Source of the DNA: Piromyces finnis finn
Lineage: Eukaryota; Fungi; Neocallimastigomycota
Direction: 5' to 3'
DNA: 64,000 bases
NCBI GenBank assembly: GCA_002104945.1
Contig: MCFH01000060.1
Coordinates: forward strand, 62,001-126,000
This document shows positions 40,286 through 56,659 of this stretch, piece after piece. The stretch's first letter is position 1. Every line of letters starts with the position of its first letter. A model generated the notes under the pieces. It was not told the DNA's origin and did no database searches. It worked only from the letters and a program-made list of their open reading frames with translations. Position numbers and translations under genes: made by a program.

Positions 40286-40906
40286 TGATAAATAATAATT
40301 ATAAATATATTATACATTTGATATTAGTAGAAAATTTTATTATAAAATAATTATTAAATAATTTTATATAGTTTATTATAAAAATATAATTTACATAAAA
40401 TCAAATATTTTATAAATTTATATATTTGATTGGGTTAAATTATAAAAATAATTTTTAATATAAAGAATAATAATAATTTTTAGTAGAAAATGAGAAGACT
40501 TAGATTACTAATAATAAGTTAAATTTTAATAATAGTTAATATAATTAATTAGTGAATACATAATAATATTTAAAAGACAAAAATAAGTTTTTATATAATA
40601 AAAATTATTGTTAAAAAGAGCGTAAGAACAATAAATAAAAGAAAATATAAAAACGAAATTAAACTTGTCTAATTTGCAATTATTGTGTTAATAATAAATA
40701 ATATTTTATAGAATAAATCTGGTGTTATTATTCTATATAAATATTATTAAAATAATAAAACTATTAAAACTATAAAATAACTTAAAATAAATTAATAAAA
40801 CTAGTAGATATTGTTAAAGCTCGTACAATAGCTGTCGAGATAAAACAATATAAGATAACAGAAGAAGTAGTTAAAAAGTTATAATATAACTACCAATCCG
40901 TTATCA
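40286..40906. mobile_element. Probable solo LTR, family M (single copy)
   Basis: TGATAA/TTATCA termini with 3-nt and 2-nt spacers to its neighbours. Confidence 0.55.
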
Positions 40907-40908
40907 TT

Positions 40909-41674
<766 letters not shown>

Positions 41675-41679
41675 TTTTT

Positions 41680-43185
41680 TGATACGAAGAGGATATTATC
41701 TTAATTCTATATTTTACTATAGAAAGTGATGTAAAAGTTTTACTAAACTTATAATTTAATATTAAAATATTAAATTAAATAAAAGATTAAAGATAACTAG
41801 GTTAGAAAAAATGTTTTATTAAAATAATCTTAATTGGTTTATAAATGAATAATTAAATTATGTATTATAGTTAAAATAATTTCTTTTTATTTTATTTGAA
41901 GAGTATATATAATAATAAGATTATTTAATAGTAATACTTGTTAAGTATTAATAAGGTAATAATCTTTACAAAGATTTAATTCATAAAACTATTCTAAACT
42001 ATTTATACTATTTGTAATTTTACATTTAATAATAAAATAACTTTTTAATACATGATTATTTTTTATAATATATTTTATAATACTAAGGTTAAACTTAAGA
42101 CTTATTACTAATTATTAAAAATAACTATTGTCTATATATTCATAATATTAATTATTTCTTAATTATAATATAATTCATTGAATATAATATTAATAATTTA
42201 TAATCTTTTAATTCAAAGATTATAAGCTATGTTATTGAAATAATTATTATAAAATAAAGTTAATTAATTCCGGAAAATAATTTTAATTTAATTAAAACAA
42301 TAATTTATATCCTTTTGGGTGAATGATTAATGATTTATGTTCAATACATCAGGGGTGATCATTCTCTGAATAAACAATTAATCATTACTAACAAAATATC
42401 TTTAAATTGGAATATCTCGTGAACCAGCAGAGATATCGACCTGATTTTAAGATATGTTGTTCATCTCGAGCGTGGCTTTCTAACGAACCCACAATCTCCC
42501 AACCATAATTTCCCAAAAATCGCCATTCGTTGAGGAGATACGCGTATTTTCCCTTATTTAATTTTGACGATAAGGGTTAAAGTTATTTGTTATAAAAATA
42601 TTAAGGGTTAAGGTCATATCTTAACCTTTTATATATTTTTTAAATATTTCTTAATATAATTTTATAATTTATTTGAAAATAAAATATTATTGATTTTGAA
42701 ATTTTATAAGTAATTTCACAATTTCAAGTGATCTTGAAATTGCAGATTCCACTAGTATTCGTGACAAGTGATAATATCTGTATCTAAAAATTTATAAATA
42801 AAAATAAGGAAAATAAAAATAGAATAAATGATTTTTATACCATTTGCAAGTGTTAGTTAGTTTTTAATATAAAATGTTATTTTATTTAATTATAAAATTA
42901 TTATATTATCATATTATTTAATAACTCTAGTATTATTAAATAATTAAAATTTAATACATCTAGTATGTATTATAAATGTTGTAAAATAAATATTGTTTTA
43001 TTAAGTATAAATATCTAATTTTTCTCTCTTGGATAATTAGTAACCATAATATATAAATTTAATATAACTATATCTAATTTTTATGGATTATTAGGAACAT
43101 CTTTTAAAAAGAACTTTCTATTACTATTTATACAAAATTATTGTTTTAAAGTATAAATATAAACAAATATAAACTATTTAATTTA

Positions 43186-43216
<31 letters not shown>

Positions 43217-43289
43217 TTTACATTTATAATTTTTAATTTAATAATTTTATACATATTAAATATTTTAATTTTTATCTGTATTTTAATTA

Positions 43290-43342
<53 letters not shown>

Positions 43343-43370
43343 TTATAATTATAAATTTAATTATCTATCA
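41680..43370 (+). mobile_element. Solo LTR A5 interrupted by C2
   Basis: A termini. Flanks are discordant (TTTT / AAAA). Confidence 0.8.
41730..42766 (-). mobile_element. Solo LTR C2
   Basis: Inverse of C1, TSD AGTGA. Confidence 0.85.
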
Positions 43371-44127
43371 AAAATGATATAATTTGATAATAATCTTAAT
43401 TTTGAATTTTACTTCAAAAAGTGATTATTATATTATATCTTTGAGTATAACTATATAAGTTATATTGATTAAGATTTAAGATCGTTTTTATAAAAATTAA
43501 TAAAATTGTTTTGTTAAAACACTAAATTGTTTTATTAGAAACACTTGTTTTTCTAATATTTAAATATTTAAAATTTTATTTATTTAAGTATAAAAGTGAT
43601 TATTAAAATTATAAAATATTAATCTAACTATATAATATTTCTTTATTAATAATAATAATGATGATTAAAATGAGAATATTTACATGTATTTATATTTTTT
43701 TTTGAATTTAAACTACTTACATTAAAACAATAAAATTAATAACTATTTACAATAAAAGTAATAAAAGTAATTAGAAATAACAATAAAAGAAATAATTAAA
43801 AGTTAAAGAATATAAAAAGTTGTTTATTTTACAATTAATTAAAGTAATAATTATTTTTAATGTTTTAATAAAGGTGTTTAATTATATTATTTTATAACAT
43901 GAATTACTATATTTGTTTACTTTTAAAGTGTAATTTACTAATGAAGTTATTAAATATTTAATTTAACAATTAATTTAACAAAAGTTATATATTTTGATCT
44001 CGATTAATTAAAGTTTATTATTTTCTTTCAATAATCAAAACATATGCAGTGTTTAGGATTAATTTTATTTAAGAATTTTGGTAAAGTACTTAATTAAACT
44101 ATAACTTATTTTAAGTTACTTTTAGGG

Positions 44128-45333
44128 TGTAAAGTGGGCTAGGATTGGTATGTAACTTGGTCAGAATGTTTCATATAATATAACTTAATTTTCTAATAAA
44201 ATATTAAATTTATTTATTATTAAATCTTTTCTTCAAAACTTATTAAAGAATTTAATTAATACTAATTTAAAATTAAATAGGTTTTTATATTTAAAATAAA
44301 AATTTTAATATAATTTAATTATGAAATTTGTTTATTAATTATTTATTTATTAAGATAATATTTATTAAGTTATATTATAATTAATAATTAATAATCTTAC
44401 AAAGAATTTCAAAATTGATTTCAATTCTTTGTTTAAATACTTTTTCTTACATATAACAAAATTACATTGATATTAATATTGATATTAATAATAAAGATAA
44501 AATTAAAATAATTTTAAATTAAAATATTAATAATTGATATTGATATTAATAATATGAATTCATATGATCTTAAGATTAATCTTTTAAATTACTTTTAAAA
44601 TAAAAGTATTGTTTTAACCATTTTAAATTGTAAATATTTAATATTATAAATTGAGAATAACAATTACTGATACTAATTATATATTCTCATGATCAATTAA
44701 TTAATAATTATAATTAATGATTTTTGATCCAAAGGCTTTTGGTTTGATTATGATTGAGGTTATTAATCAAAATTATTTGAAAAATTATTAATTAATTTTT
44801 ATAATTGATTAGGTTTGTAATCAAGAATATTTATTATCTAACCTTATTTAATAATAATGGAAAATTTTTAAATTGAAATATTTATAGAAAGTTGGATGAC
44901 TTGAATAATGACTTTAATTATATAAATTAATATTAATCATTTTAATATATATTATTATATATTTATTGGAACTAATTAATTCTTTAAATAGCTATATCTC
45001 AAGAACTAGTGGTCTAAATTAGCTGAAAATTTGTGAGAATATAGATCTCGACTAGTACTTTCTAATAAAATTAATTTGAAGTCTCTAGAAAAGGAAAATA
45101 GGACACGAGATTCAGAAGTTTTCGCTAGTTTCGTATAGTGCATTTCTTCTCAAGGGTTAATTTATTGAAAATTAAATTTTTGTGATCCTTAACCCTTTTC
45201 AATATTAAATTTTTCCAAGTGATCTTTTTAATTATTTTTAAAAGTGTTTTATACTTTTTGAAATATAAATTTGATTTTTAAATTGTTTATTTGAACATTT
45301 AATTTATTTTTTAATCGTCTTCTATTCTTGACA
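44128..45333 (-). mobile_element. Solo LTR I2
   Basis: Inverse of I1, TSD TAGGG. Confidence 0.85.
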
Positions 45334-45346
45334 TAGGGTTAACTTA

Positions 45347-45996
45347 TGTCAAAATCTCAATTCATGAAATTTGATATTTCATGAAATTTCATAATTTTGA
45401 AATTATTAATTAAATTAATTAAAATATTAATTTAATAATATTTTACTAATAATAGTTTATTTAATATAAATATTAATTGGGAAGCTATTTATTATCCGGA
45501 GATAAATAGTGTAACAATTAATTAATATTAAACAAACCAATTAGTAAAATAAGATTCATTTAAACAATTATTAATATTATTTTTAACAACTTATTAATAT
45601 CAATATTTAAAGAAAATTATATTTTTATATTATTATATTATTATATTTTATTAATATTTATATTTATATTATTATAAATGTATAACTTAAAAATATTATT
45701 ATTATTATACTTTATTAATATCAATATTATATTAAAAATGAAAGTATAAATAAGTTGAACAAAGAACGATTTTAAGAAGTTCTTTGTGAGATTATTAATA
45801 CTCATTTTTTATATAGTAAATTCAATATTTAAAAATTAATAATTATTATTTATATATTAATAAAAAGCTGAATAAAATAATTCTTTAAAAACTATATTTA
45901 TTATTTCTTATCTTAACACTTAATTTACTATATAATTAAGCCTATCCTAACCTAGTAGACTTAATTATAAACTTAAATCCACTTAGATTCTTGACA
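45347..45996. mobile_element. Solo LTR, family Q (single copy)
   Basis: TGTCAA/TTGACA terminal inverted repeat and TSD ACTTA. Confidence 0.8.
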
Positions 45997-46051
45997 ACTT
46001 AAAAATCAGGTTTAATAATTTTATATTTATAAATTTCATTCTTTATCAAAA

Positions 46052-46543
46052 TGACACACGTTCAAATATGCCTTAATTCTAAATAAGCTTAGAAAGTGGT
46101 ATATTTGTGTGTAATTGAATGATTTATTTTTACTTGCTCATTCTACAAGTATATATAATTATTAAATATAATTTAAAGTTTTAAAAACATCTTGTTTTAT
46201 AATATTAGTTTATTTATTTAAAATAAATGTATAATACATCTCGCTATGTATTATAAAAAAAAATATATTAATTTATTATAATTTTAAAATATTCTAATTT
46301 TCCTGGCTAATTAGTAACAATCTTTAAAAATAATATTTTCTATTTCTATTTATAATAAATAATTACATTTAAGTTTGTTTATAAACAAAAGTTGTTTATA
46401 TTTTACATTTTTAAAATTTAATTAAACATTTATATTTTATATTATTTTGATTATTTACTATTATTTTAATTTATATTAAGTTTATATAATTTTAAAATCA
46501 GCTATTCTATTAATTCATTATTTATAAATTTCATTCTTTATCA
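46052..46543 (+). mobile_element. Solo LTR J4
   Basis: TGACACAC...CTTTATCA termini, AAAA on both sides. Confidence 0.8.
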
Positions 46544-46547
46544 AAAA

Positions 46548-48688
<2,141 letters not shown>

Positions 48689-49568
48689 AAAAATCGTGTA
48701 AAAGGTTTTTATATATATTAGTTAATAGGTTAAATATAACAAGTTAATTAAGTTAGTTATTACCTCTCTATACGAGTTAATAACTAAATAAAGTTTTATA
48801 AAAAATAATAAAAGAACTAAAATAAATATTATAACACAAAAATAAATATAAAACAAATAAATATTAATATGAAATATTATTTACTTAAATAATTATTATA
48901 ATTATTATCTTTTATTTATTAGTTATTGTAATGTTGAACACTGAAAGAATAGATTAGGATATCTATTCTATTACAATAACACAAGATTTTGAAAAAATAA
49001 AATAAAAAATTGTTTTATAAAATATCTTTTATTATAATAGAATTTTAATAATAACAATTACATCGATAAAATGATGAAAAATATCTTCTATTTATATTTT
49101 TCCTAAATACATTTATATTATATTATAACTATTTATTTCTTATATATTATTATTTAAAATCTACACTAAAATCTTAATTATTAATAAATATTTAAACTAT
49201 AACTATTTTTAGTAAAATACAATTGGCAATTCAAATTAAGTACTATTTAATTTGAATATGTGCCCATGTATTATTGATATATTAATCATTTATTATTTAT
49301 CTATTTCTATAAAAAAACAATACTAAAACTAGGGATTTAAATTGAGAATATTAATTTGCTTGTTAAACATTAAAAATAAATTAATAATTTATTTTGTTTT
49401 AAACTTTAATTATTAATAAATAAATTATGTCTCATTTTCTTTTTCTGAATATAATTTGTGTAACTTAAACAATAATACTTGTGGCTTAAGTTACATTAAA
49501 GATATCAAACAGAGGCGTTTGATATCTTTACAATCTCTCTCTCTAAGTCGAGCTCCTGCGAGATTAAT

Positions 49569-52500
49569 TTATAAGGAATCTTTTCTCGAAGGAATTTCAA
49601 TTACAAATGGTTGGTATCTATGCTTGATTAGATTACCAACTTTATTCTCTCTAATTTTCATGGAGGAGTCGTTCGACTTATATTTTGACTTTTTAGAGTT
49701 TCTTTCAAACTCTTGTATTAATTGTTTATCTGGAATCTGATCTTCAGAAATCCAAGTGGATTTGTCAAATCCTTTCCATGATAACTTATAAAATGTTTCA
49801 CCATTAACAGATTTCATCTTTTCAATTTTCTCTGGAATTTTTTCAATTAAATCTGTGTTAAGGTGAATGTTCCTCTTCCTACGATTAGACCTGTCGTTAA
49901 ACTTGTTTTCAAAATATGGTTCTAACAATGAAACATGAAAGACTGGATGACATCTCATTGTCTTTGGAAGTTTCAATTTGAAAGCGAGAGAACTAACTTT
50001 TTCAATTATCTCAAATGGACCAAGCATTTGAGGTGCTAATTTTCTCTTTAGGTTAGTTCCAGGAGAATCTTTCAATAACCATACCTTCTTTCCTACTTCG
50101 AACTCCGGGGGAATCATTCTCTTCATATCGGCATATTTCTTATATGTTTCTTTTGCTTTTTCTAAGTTTTCTTTTAATAATTTAAAGTTTTCATTCATAT
50201 CAATTACTCTTTGTTCAGCTCTACTAGGTCTATCATTAGCTGGAATTTCTAAGCTGAACTTTGGATGAAAACCATAATTAGCAAAGAATGGGGATTGATT
50301 TATAGATTGTTGTAAAGTATTATTATATGCAAATTCAGCAAATGGGATAAGATCAACCCAGTTATTCTGCTTTTTATTTATAAAACAACGGAAATATTGT
50401 TCTAATATGCCGTTCACCCTCTCCGTTTGACCATCTGTCTGCGGATGGTTGGCAGTCGATAATGAATGATTGATATTAAGAAGGTCACAAAGTCTTGACC
50501 AAAAGTCAGAAGTAAATTGCGAGCCTCTATCAGAAATGATGGAATCAGGAAGACCATGCAAACGGAAGACATTAGCAATAAAAGCATCAGCAGCAATCGA
50601 AGCAGTAGGAAGACAACGTAAAGGAATGGCGTGAGCAAATTTAGTAAATCTATCGACAACAACCATGAGAGTTGTCATATCTCTGGACTTAGGAAGATCA
50701 ACAATAAAATCAATAGAAATATCAGACCAGGGCCTACTGGGAGTGCCCAAGGGGGATAATAGTCCATAAGGCTTATGTCTGGGGACTTTGGATTTGCAAC
50801 AAGTCACGCAAGATTTGATAAAAGATTTAACGTCTGAATGAAACCTTGGCCACCAAAAGTTTCTGGAAATCAGTTCAGTGGTTTTCTTAATACCGAAATG
50901 ACCAGCAGCAACAGAATCATGATGAAGTTCCAAAACTCTTGTCCTAAGAGATTTAGGAACATAAATAAGATTATTATATAACAAAAATCCTTCATTATCA
51001 ATAATAACTTTATCAATATTTTTAATAGGTGCATTACATGCAGAACCATTCATTTTAAATTGGACAATAGAATTATACAAATCGTCATTTTTAAGTTCTA
51101 ATAAAATAGAATCGATTAACGGTTTGTTATCGCTATGATGAAACGAAATAGTAAGACAAGAAACATCAGAATTAATATTATTCTCTAAATGGTCACTTCT
51201 ACGAGACAGGATATCAGGCTTACCGGATTTCTTTCCAGCTCTATAAATGAGTTTAAAATCAAATCTGGATAAGAACAAATTCCATCTAATTTGTCTCTGA
51301 GATAACATTTCAGGTTTTCTAGGAAATGTTAAATTCTTGTGATCAGTATAAATTATGAACGGATGGCGTGCACCTTCTAAATAATGACGCCATTCTTCAA
51401 GAGCAATTACAATAGCTAAAAGTTCCTTGTCATATATAGGATAGTTTCTTTGACAACTCGTCAAACTTTTAGAAAGAAATGCAATAGGATGTAATTTGCC
51501 ATCAAATTCTTGAGAGAGAATAGCACCGACAGCATAATTACTAGCATCAGTTTCTACAATAAATTGTTTATTACTATCCGCATGTTTCAGAATAGGAGCT
51601 GACGTGAACAGAGATTTTAATAAAATAAAAGCGTCCTGATCTTCTTTCACCCAGTTAAAAGCAACATTCTTTCTAGTGAGTTTGTGAAGAGGGTTTGCAA
51701 TTTTAGCAAAGTCTTTAATAAAAATTCTGTAATAGTTGCATAAACCAATAAAAGACTGAACCTCTTTAACATTCTTGGGAACCGGCCAATCGAGAATTGC
51801 TTTAACTTTATTTTCATCCATTTGCAATCCATCCTTTGAAATGACATAACCAAGAAAAGTGGTTTTCTCAACATCAAACTCACATTTTTCTAATTTAACA
51901 TAAAGATTATTTTCAAGTAGTTTCTTAAGTACCTTTTTAACATGCTCATGATGCTCTTCGATATTATTAGAATAAATAAGGATATCATCAATATACGAGA
52001 TAACAAAATCGTCTAAGTAATCACTGAGAACATCGTTAATAAAGTGTTGAAAAGTTGCAGGTGCATTCTTTAATCCAAAAGGCATAACTAGATATTCATA
52101 ATGACCATACCTAGTACGAAAAGCTGTTTTGTATTCGTCACCTTCTTTAATACGAATAAGATTATAAGCAGATTTGAGATCTAATTTAGTGAAAATTTTA
52201 GCATTTTTCACTCTTTCCAGAAGGTCACTAATTAAAGGTAAAGGATATGAATTACGAATGGTAATGTCATTCAACTTTCTATAATCAATACAAAGTCTCA
52301 GGGAGCCATCCTTCTTTTTAACAAACAAAATTGGAGCCCCTGCAGGAGACGATGATTTCCTAATAAAACCCTTATTTAAATTTTCATCTATATATTTTTT
52401 AAGTTCCTCTCTTTCAACTTCAGTTAATGGATACAAGGGTCCATAAAATAAAGTTGAATCATCCTTAAGCTTGATTTCACAATCATAAGGTCTATGAGGA

Positions 52501-54212
52501 GGTAACACTTCACAATTTTTTTCGTTAAACACTTCTAAAAATTCAATATATTCGGATGGTACGGTGACCATTTTTTCTTTATTTAATTCATTATTCTTAA
52601 TCTTTGTTTCTATTAAACTAAGACTATTTTCATTACATTCATAATTACATTTATTATTACTATTACATGTTTCACTAATTTTACTAATTATACATTTAAC
52701 TTTTTTATTATAATTGTCTCCGTCATCTTCGCTGTCTTCTTCATCATTAATAGTTCTTACTAGGCGTCCTCTAACGTACTCCTTGTCTTCATTATTCGAG
52801 GTGTTTGCATTATCCGAGAGACCGATGGATTTAGCCGATTTTTTCATAATACTTTTGTCGAGGACTTCATGGTCTAATTCGTCCTTCTTAGATTTCTTCT
52901 TACTTTTTCTATTTCTTTTCCCATGGTTACAGTGTCTAGCGCAATATCCCGAACTAAAATTGATTTTCTTGGAATCATAAAAAGCCTCAGGATTGTGCTT
53001 TTTAATCCATGGTAGTCCAAGAATTACGTCGACACCAGGAACCTTTAAACTATATAATTGAATAGTTTCAAAATGATTTCTACATCTTAATATGCACTTT
53101 TCACTCCGTTCCATTACACAAGAAATCCCATCGTTAACTCCTGAAACTCGGAAAGGCTCAACAGTTTCAAAATGAATTCCAATTTCTTTAGCAAGTTCAG
53201 GATTAATAAAACTTAATTCGGATCCTGAATCAACTAACACTCTAACTTTAACTTCCGGAATATTGTTTGTACTTAAATAAAAATCGATAATATTTACGTC
53301 TTTTTTGCTATCCATGACTCCCACTTTATAAATCCTTGGATTAGCAATTCTAGGAGTCTTTTCCTTAATAATCCGGAATACTCTTTTTGGTTTAACTCTA
53401 TTAGGACAATTGAATTTCAAATGTCCTGGTTTCTTGCAAAGAAAACAAACACCCTTTTTTCTTTCTTCTTCAAAATTATTTGATCTCTCCTCATAACGAC
53501 CGCTGGATCCTTGAATGTTGATATAACGCTTACGTTTCCTATCCGCACTAATTTTAAAAACATCAACATCCATAGGATCTCCCGCAATCCTATTGTTAAA
53601 ATAGAATTCACTTAAAGAATTTCTTTTCATCATATCTTCAACCAAAATTGTTGAAGATATTAACTGTTCCATTGAATTTGGATTGGTTTCAACAAAAGCC
53701 AACTTTTCTCTTAACTGTGGGTTTAAACCTTTCAGAAACATATAGATCTTTGCACTTTCATTAAAGTTTGAATTTTGGCTTATTCTTTGAAACTCGGTAA
53801 TATAATCAACAACATATCCAAGTTTTTTTTGTCGGATGTTGTCTAATTTACCATTCGCAACAACAGTATCATAACGGTCACATCCGAAATTAGCCCTCAA
53901 ACGATCTATAAATTCATCATAATTGTTTAATATCCCACTATTATTCCGCATTAGTGATGAAGCCCATTCCAACGGTTTCCCAGAGAAGTAGGAAATAACG
54001 AAGTCAACCCGGACGCGATCTGTATTATACAGTGCCGGTCGAGTTCGGAAAACCAATTCCACTCTGGTTAAAAAACCATCTAATTCCCTTTGCCTACCAG
54101 TGAATAATGGTGGAGCATTAATAATGCTTCCATGATTCCCAGCAGCATTCTCCATTCTATCCGTCATTTCCTCCAAATTCCAATTATCAAATATATTTAT
54201 TAATTCCTCCAA
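49569..54212 (-). CDS. gag-pol: Single-ORF Gag-Pol polyprotein of E2 (1547 aa from TTG)
   Basis: CFLCKKPGHLKFNC knuckle, LVDSGS protease, YIDD RT, TDAS RNase H, HHCC plus DDE integrase, GPF module and a chromodomain-like [18 protein letters not shown]. Confidence 0.97.
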   Translation of the reverse strand: MEELINIFDNWNLEEMTDRMENAAGNHGSIINAPPLFTGRQRELDGFLTRVELVFRTRPALYNTDRVRVDFVISYFSGKPLEWASSLMRNNSGILNNYDEFIDRLRANFGCDRYDTVVANGKLDNIRQKKLGYVVDYITEFQRISQNSNFNESAKIYMFLKGLNPQLREKLAFVETNPNSMEQLISSTILVEDMMKRNSLSEFYFNNRIAGDPMDVDVFKISADRKRKRYINIQGSSGRYEERSNNFEEERKKGVCFLCKKPGHLKFNCPNRVKPKRVFRIIKEKTPRIANPRIYKVGVMDSKKDVNIIDFYLSTNNIPEVKVRVLVDSGSELSFINPELAKEIGIHFETVEPFRVSGVNDGISCVMERSEKCILRCRNHFETIQLYSLKVPGVDVILGLPWIKKHNPEAFYDSKKINFSSGYCARHCNHGKRNRKSKKKSKKDELDHEVLDKSIMKKSAKSIGLSDNANTSNNEDKEYVRGRLVRTINDEEDSEDDGDNYNKKVKCIISKISETCNSNNKCNYECNENSLSLIETKIKNNELNKEKMVTVPSEYIEFLEVFNEKNCEVLPPHRPYDCEIKLKDDSTLFYGPLYPLTEVEREELKKYIDENLNKGFIRKSSSPAGAPILFVKKKDGSLRLCIDYRKLNDITIRNSYPLPLISDLLERVKNAKIFTKLDLKSAYNLIRIKEGDEYKTAFRTRYGHYEYLVMPFGLKNAPATFQHFINDVLSDYLDDFVISYIDDILIYSNNIEEHHEHVKKVLKKLLENNLYVKLEKCEFDVEKTTFLGYVISKDGLQMDENKVKAILDWPVPKNVKEVQSFIGLCNYYRIFIKDFAKIANPLHKLTRKNVAFNWVKEDQDAFILLKSLFTSAPILKHADSNKQFIVETDASNYAVGAILSQEFDGKLHPIAFLSKSLTSCQRNYPIYDKELLAIVIALEEWRHYLEGARHPFIIYTDHKNLTFPRKPEMLSQRQIRWNLFLSRFDFKLIYRAGKKSGKPDILSRRSDHLENNINSDVSCLTISFHHSDNKPLIDSILLELKNDDLYNSIVQFKMNGSACNAPIKNIDKVIIDNEGFLLYNNLIYVPKSLRTRVLELHHDSVAAGHFGIKKTTELISRNFWWPRFHSDVKSFIKSCVTCCKSKVPRHKPYGLLSPLGTPSRPWSDISIDFIVDLPKSRDMTTLMVVVDRFTKFAHAIPLRCLPTASIAADAFIANVFRLHGLPDSIISDRGSQFTSDFWSRLCDLLNINHSLSTANHPQTDGQTERVNGILEQYFRCFINKKQNNWVDLIPFAEFAYNNTLQQSINQSPFFANYGFHPKFSLEIPANDRPSRAEQRVIDMNENFKLLKENLEKAKETYKKYADMKRMIPPEFEVGKKVWLLKDSPGTNLKRKLAPQMLGPFEIIEKVSSLAFKLKLPKTMRCHPVFHVSLLEPYFENKFNDRSNRRKRNIHLNTDLIEKIPEKIEKMKSVNGETFYKLSWKGFDKSTWISEDQIPDKQLIQEFERNSKKSKYKSNDSSMKIRENKVGNLIKHRYQPFVIEIPSRKDSL

Positions 54213-54281
54213 TTCACCAACTAGACACTAAATGAAAAAATTAAGATTACCGATTGTTTCCTGCTACTATTACAAGCAAGT

Positions 54282-54332
<51 letters not shown>

Positions 54333-54448
54333 CAAAGTAACTAAAGAAAAATCTATACTAAAACGTTGCTTCAGACTCTCTCTGTATGTTACAGTGTCGA
54401 GCAAGATAATAGAATAAATTTATAAAAATGGTAGCTCACAAAGACACT

Positions 54449-54585
54449 AGTAGTTATCCAAGATATCCGGTAGTTCCAAAAGATATCAGTAGTTATCCAA
54501 AATATCTGGTAGTTTCAAAAGATATCAGTAGTTATCCAAAATACCTGGTAGTTCCCAAAGTTATCAGTAGTTATCCAAGATATCC
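54449..54585 (-). repeat. 39-bp tandem repeat x3.5 (two subunits) in the E2 leader
   Basis: Unit agtagttatccaagatatccggtagttccaaaagatatc on the + strand, period 39. Confidence 0.9.
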
Positions 54586-55550
54586 TAACGTACTCTTATT
54601 TGTATGTTAGGTAATTGTTATTGTAATGTTGAACACTGAAAGAATAGATTAGGATATCTATTCTATTACAATAACACAAGATTTTGAAAAAATAAAATAA
54701 AAAATTGTTTTATAAAATATCTTTTATTATAATAGAATTTTAATAATAACAATTACATCGATAAAATGATGAAAAATATCTTCTATTTATATTTTTCCTA
54801 AATACATTTATATTATATTATAACTATTTATTTCTTATATATTATTATTTAAAATCTACACTAAAATCTTAATTATTAATAAATATTTAAACTATAACTA
54901 TTTTTAGTAAAATACAATTGGCAATTCAAATTAAGTACTATTTAATTTGAATATGTGCCCATGTATTATTGATATATTAATCATTTATTATTTATCTATT
55001 TCTATAAAAAAACAATACTAAAACTAGGGATTTAAATTGAGAATATTAATTTGCTTGTTAAACATTAAAAATAAATTAATAATTTATTTTGTTTTAAACT
55101 TTAATTATTAATAAATAAATTATGTCTCATTTTCTTTTTCTGAATATAATTTGTGTAACTTAAACAATAATACTTGTGGCTTAAGTTACATTAAAGATAT
55201 CAAACAGAGGCGTTTGATATCTTTACAGTTATAATTATATACATTAATTATTATTATAGCTATTAATTTACTTTAATACTAACGCTAAAGTATTTAACGT
55301 TAGTTTTAACTATACTATTTAACTATATTAGTTTATTTTCTTTACCACTTGATTGGGTAAAGCAAATAAACTTCCTATTTAATTAATAACCATTAATATA
55401 TGGTTATACATATATCTGGCCAATAAATGGTGACCAGAATATATGGTTTCAATTGAAATATTTGTGGGCAAACTTATGGCCACAAATATTTCTTACAATG
55501 GTACGTATTATTTAATAATACCATAAATTTAATTATTTATTTTATTTCCA

Positions 55551-55560
55551 GGAGTCGAAC
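55551..55560 (-). promoter_or_regulatory. Pol III B-box-like motif GTTCGACTCC in the F LTR (second copy 62819-62828)
   Basis: Matches the B-box consensus GTTCRANNC(C) in an otherwise very AT-rich LTR. No A box seen. Confidence 0.45.
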
Positions 55561-56157
55561 AAAAGGGATTTATACAAAATAATATATTCTAATAAAAGAA
55601 TAAAAAAAATGATTATTTGTATATTTATTTATATTATAACTAATAATTATTTTTTAGTGTTATTAATTATTTTGCTTTTACTTTTATTATTTTTAACAAT
55701 TTATACACAAAGTATTTGAATATAAGAAAAAAAAGGATTAAACATAAAAAAAAATCTTATTTGTAACTTTCTCTTTTATTTTATTAATAAAAATAATTTT
55801 AAGTACATTTATATATTTAATATAAAAAAATATTTTTAGTTAAAACAGATATAAAAATTCTCAATAATTAATTATATTTATCAAAGAACTCTCTTTTCTT
55901 AATAAAAGTGAATTTTTGTTATTTTTATATAAAATTTTTATAATATTTTATTGGTTATTCAATAATAGATTAAATTATTATTTTTCTTAAATAATTGCTA
56001 ACCCTTAAAAATAACTATATAAATTTAATATTTTTAACTATATAATTTTATCACGTATCAAGATGCCTCCGCCGAAATTAAACTTCGTCTCCTGAAGTCT
56101 TATGGCAAGCATTGATATACGATAAAACAAAGGAAAATTTTAGTATTATCATTATTA

Positions 56158-56196
<39 letters not shown>

Positions 56197-56522
56197 TTAG
56201 ATTTCGAAATTTAAATTTTTTTTTTTTTTTTTTTTATATATATATACTAAATAAAAATTATTATTATAATTATTATTTATAATTATTATATTAAAATTAT
56301 TAATTATTATTTGATCAAATTTACAATTTGAATTTTGAAATTTTGAAATTTTGAAATTTCACAATTACTATTAATTGAAATGTATTTTTCCATCAACTGA
56401 AATTCTTTTAAATTATTTTTGTAAGTATTAAATTTTTATATATATTTGTAATATTGTTTATTTATTATGATTACTACTATCATTTATTAGTATTATTTAT
56501 TATTATTTATTATTTATTTATT

Positions 56523-56579
<57 letters not shown>

Positions 56580-56599
56580 TTATTTTATTTTATTTTATT

Positions 56600-56640
<41 letters not shown>

Positions 56641-56659
56641 TTCCTTAAAATTTCACTTT

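Larger units (their letters stand above)
43375..46048 (+). mobile_element. Solo LTR L2 interrupted by I2 and Q
   Basis: Reconstructs to the inverse of L1. Confidence 0.8.
48927..55227 (-). mobile_element. Intact full-length Ty3/Gypsy chromovirus E2 (6301 bp)
   Basis: 606-bp LTRs at 48927-49532 and 54622-55227 with no differences spotted, TSD GTTAT, PPT AGAGAGAGAG at 49533-49544, self-priming PBS at 54611-54621. Confidence 0.97.
48697..55497 (-). mobile_element. Probable solo LTR H2 split by E2 (pieces 48697-48926 and 55228-55497)
   Basis: TGTAAAAGG...CTTACA termini. The right end is the inverse of 19282-19334. No TSD recognised. Confidence 0.6.

Noticed and set aside
54428-54610. 60-aa repetitive ORF (SSYPKY...)
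   Set aside because: Antisense translation of the 39-bp leader repeat of E2, with no counterpart in E1 or G.
56454-56648. 64-aa hydrophobic ORF
   Set aside because: Low-complexity ATT/T runs in the 3' UTR of F, antisense and TTG-started.
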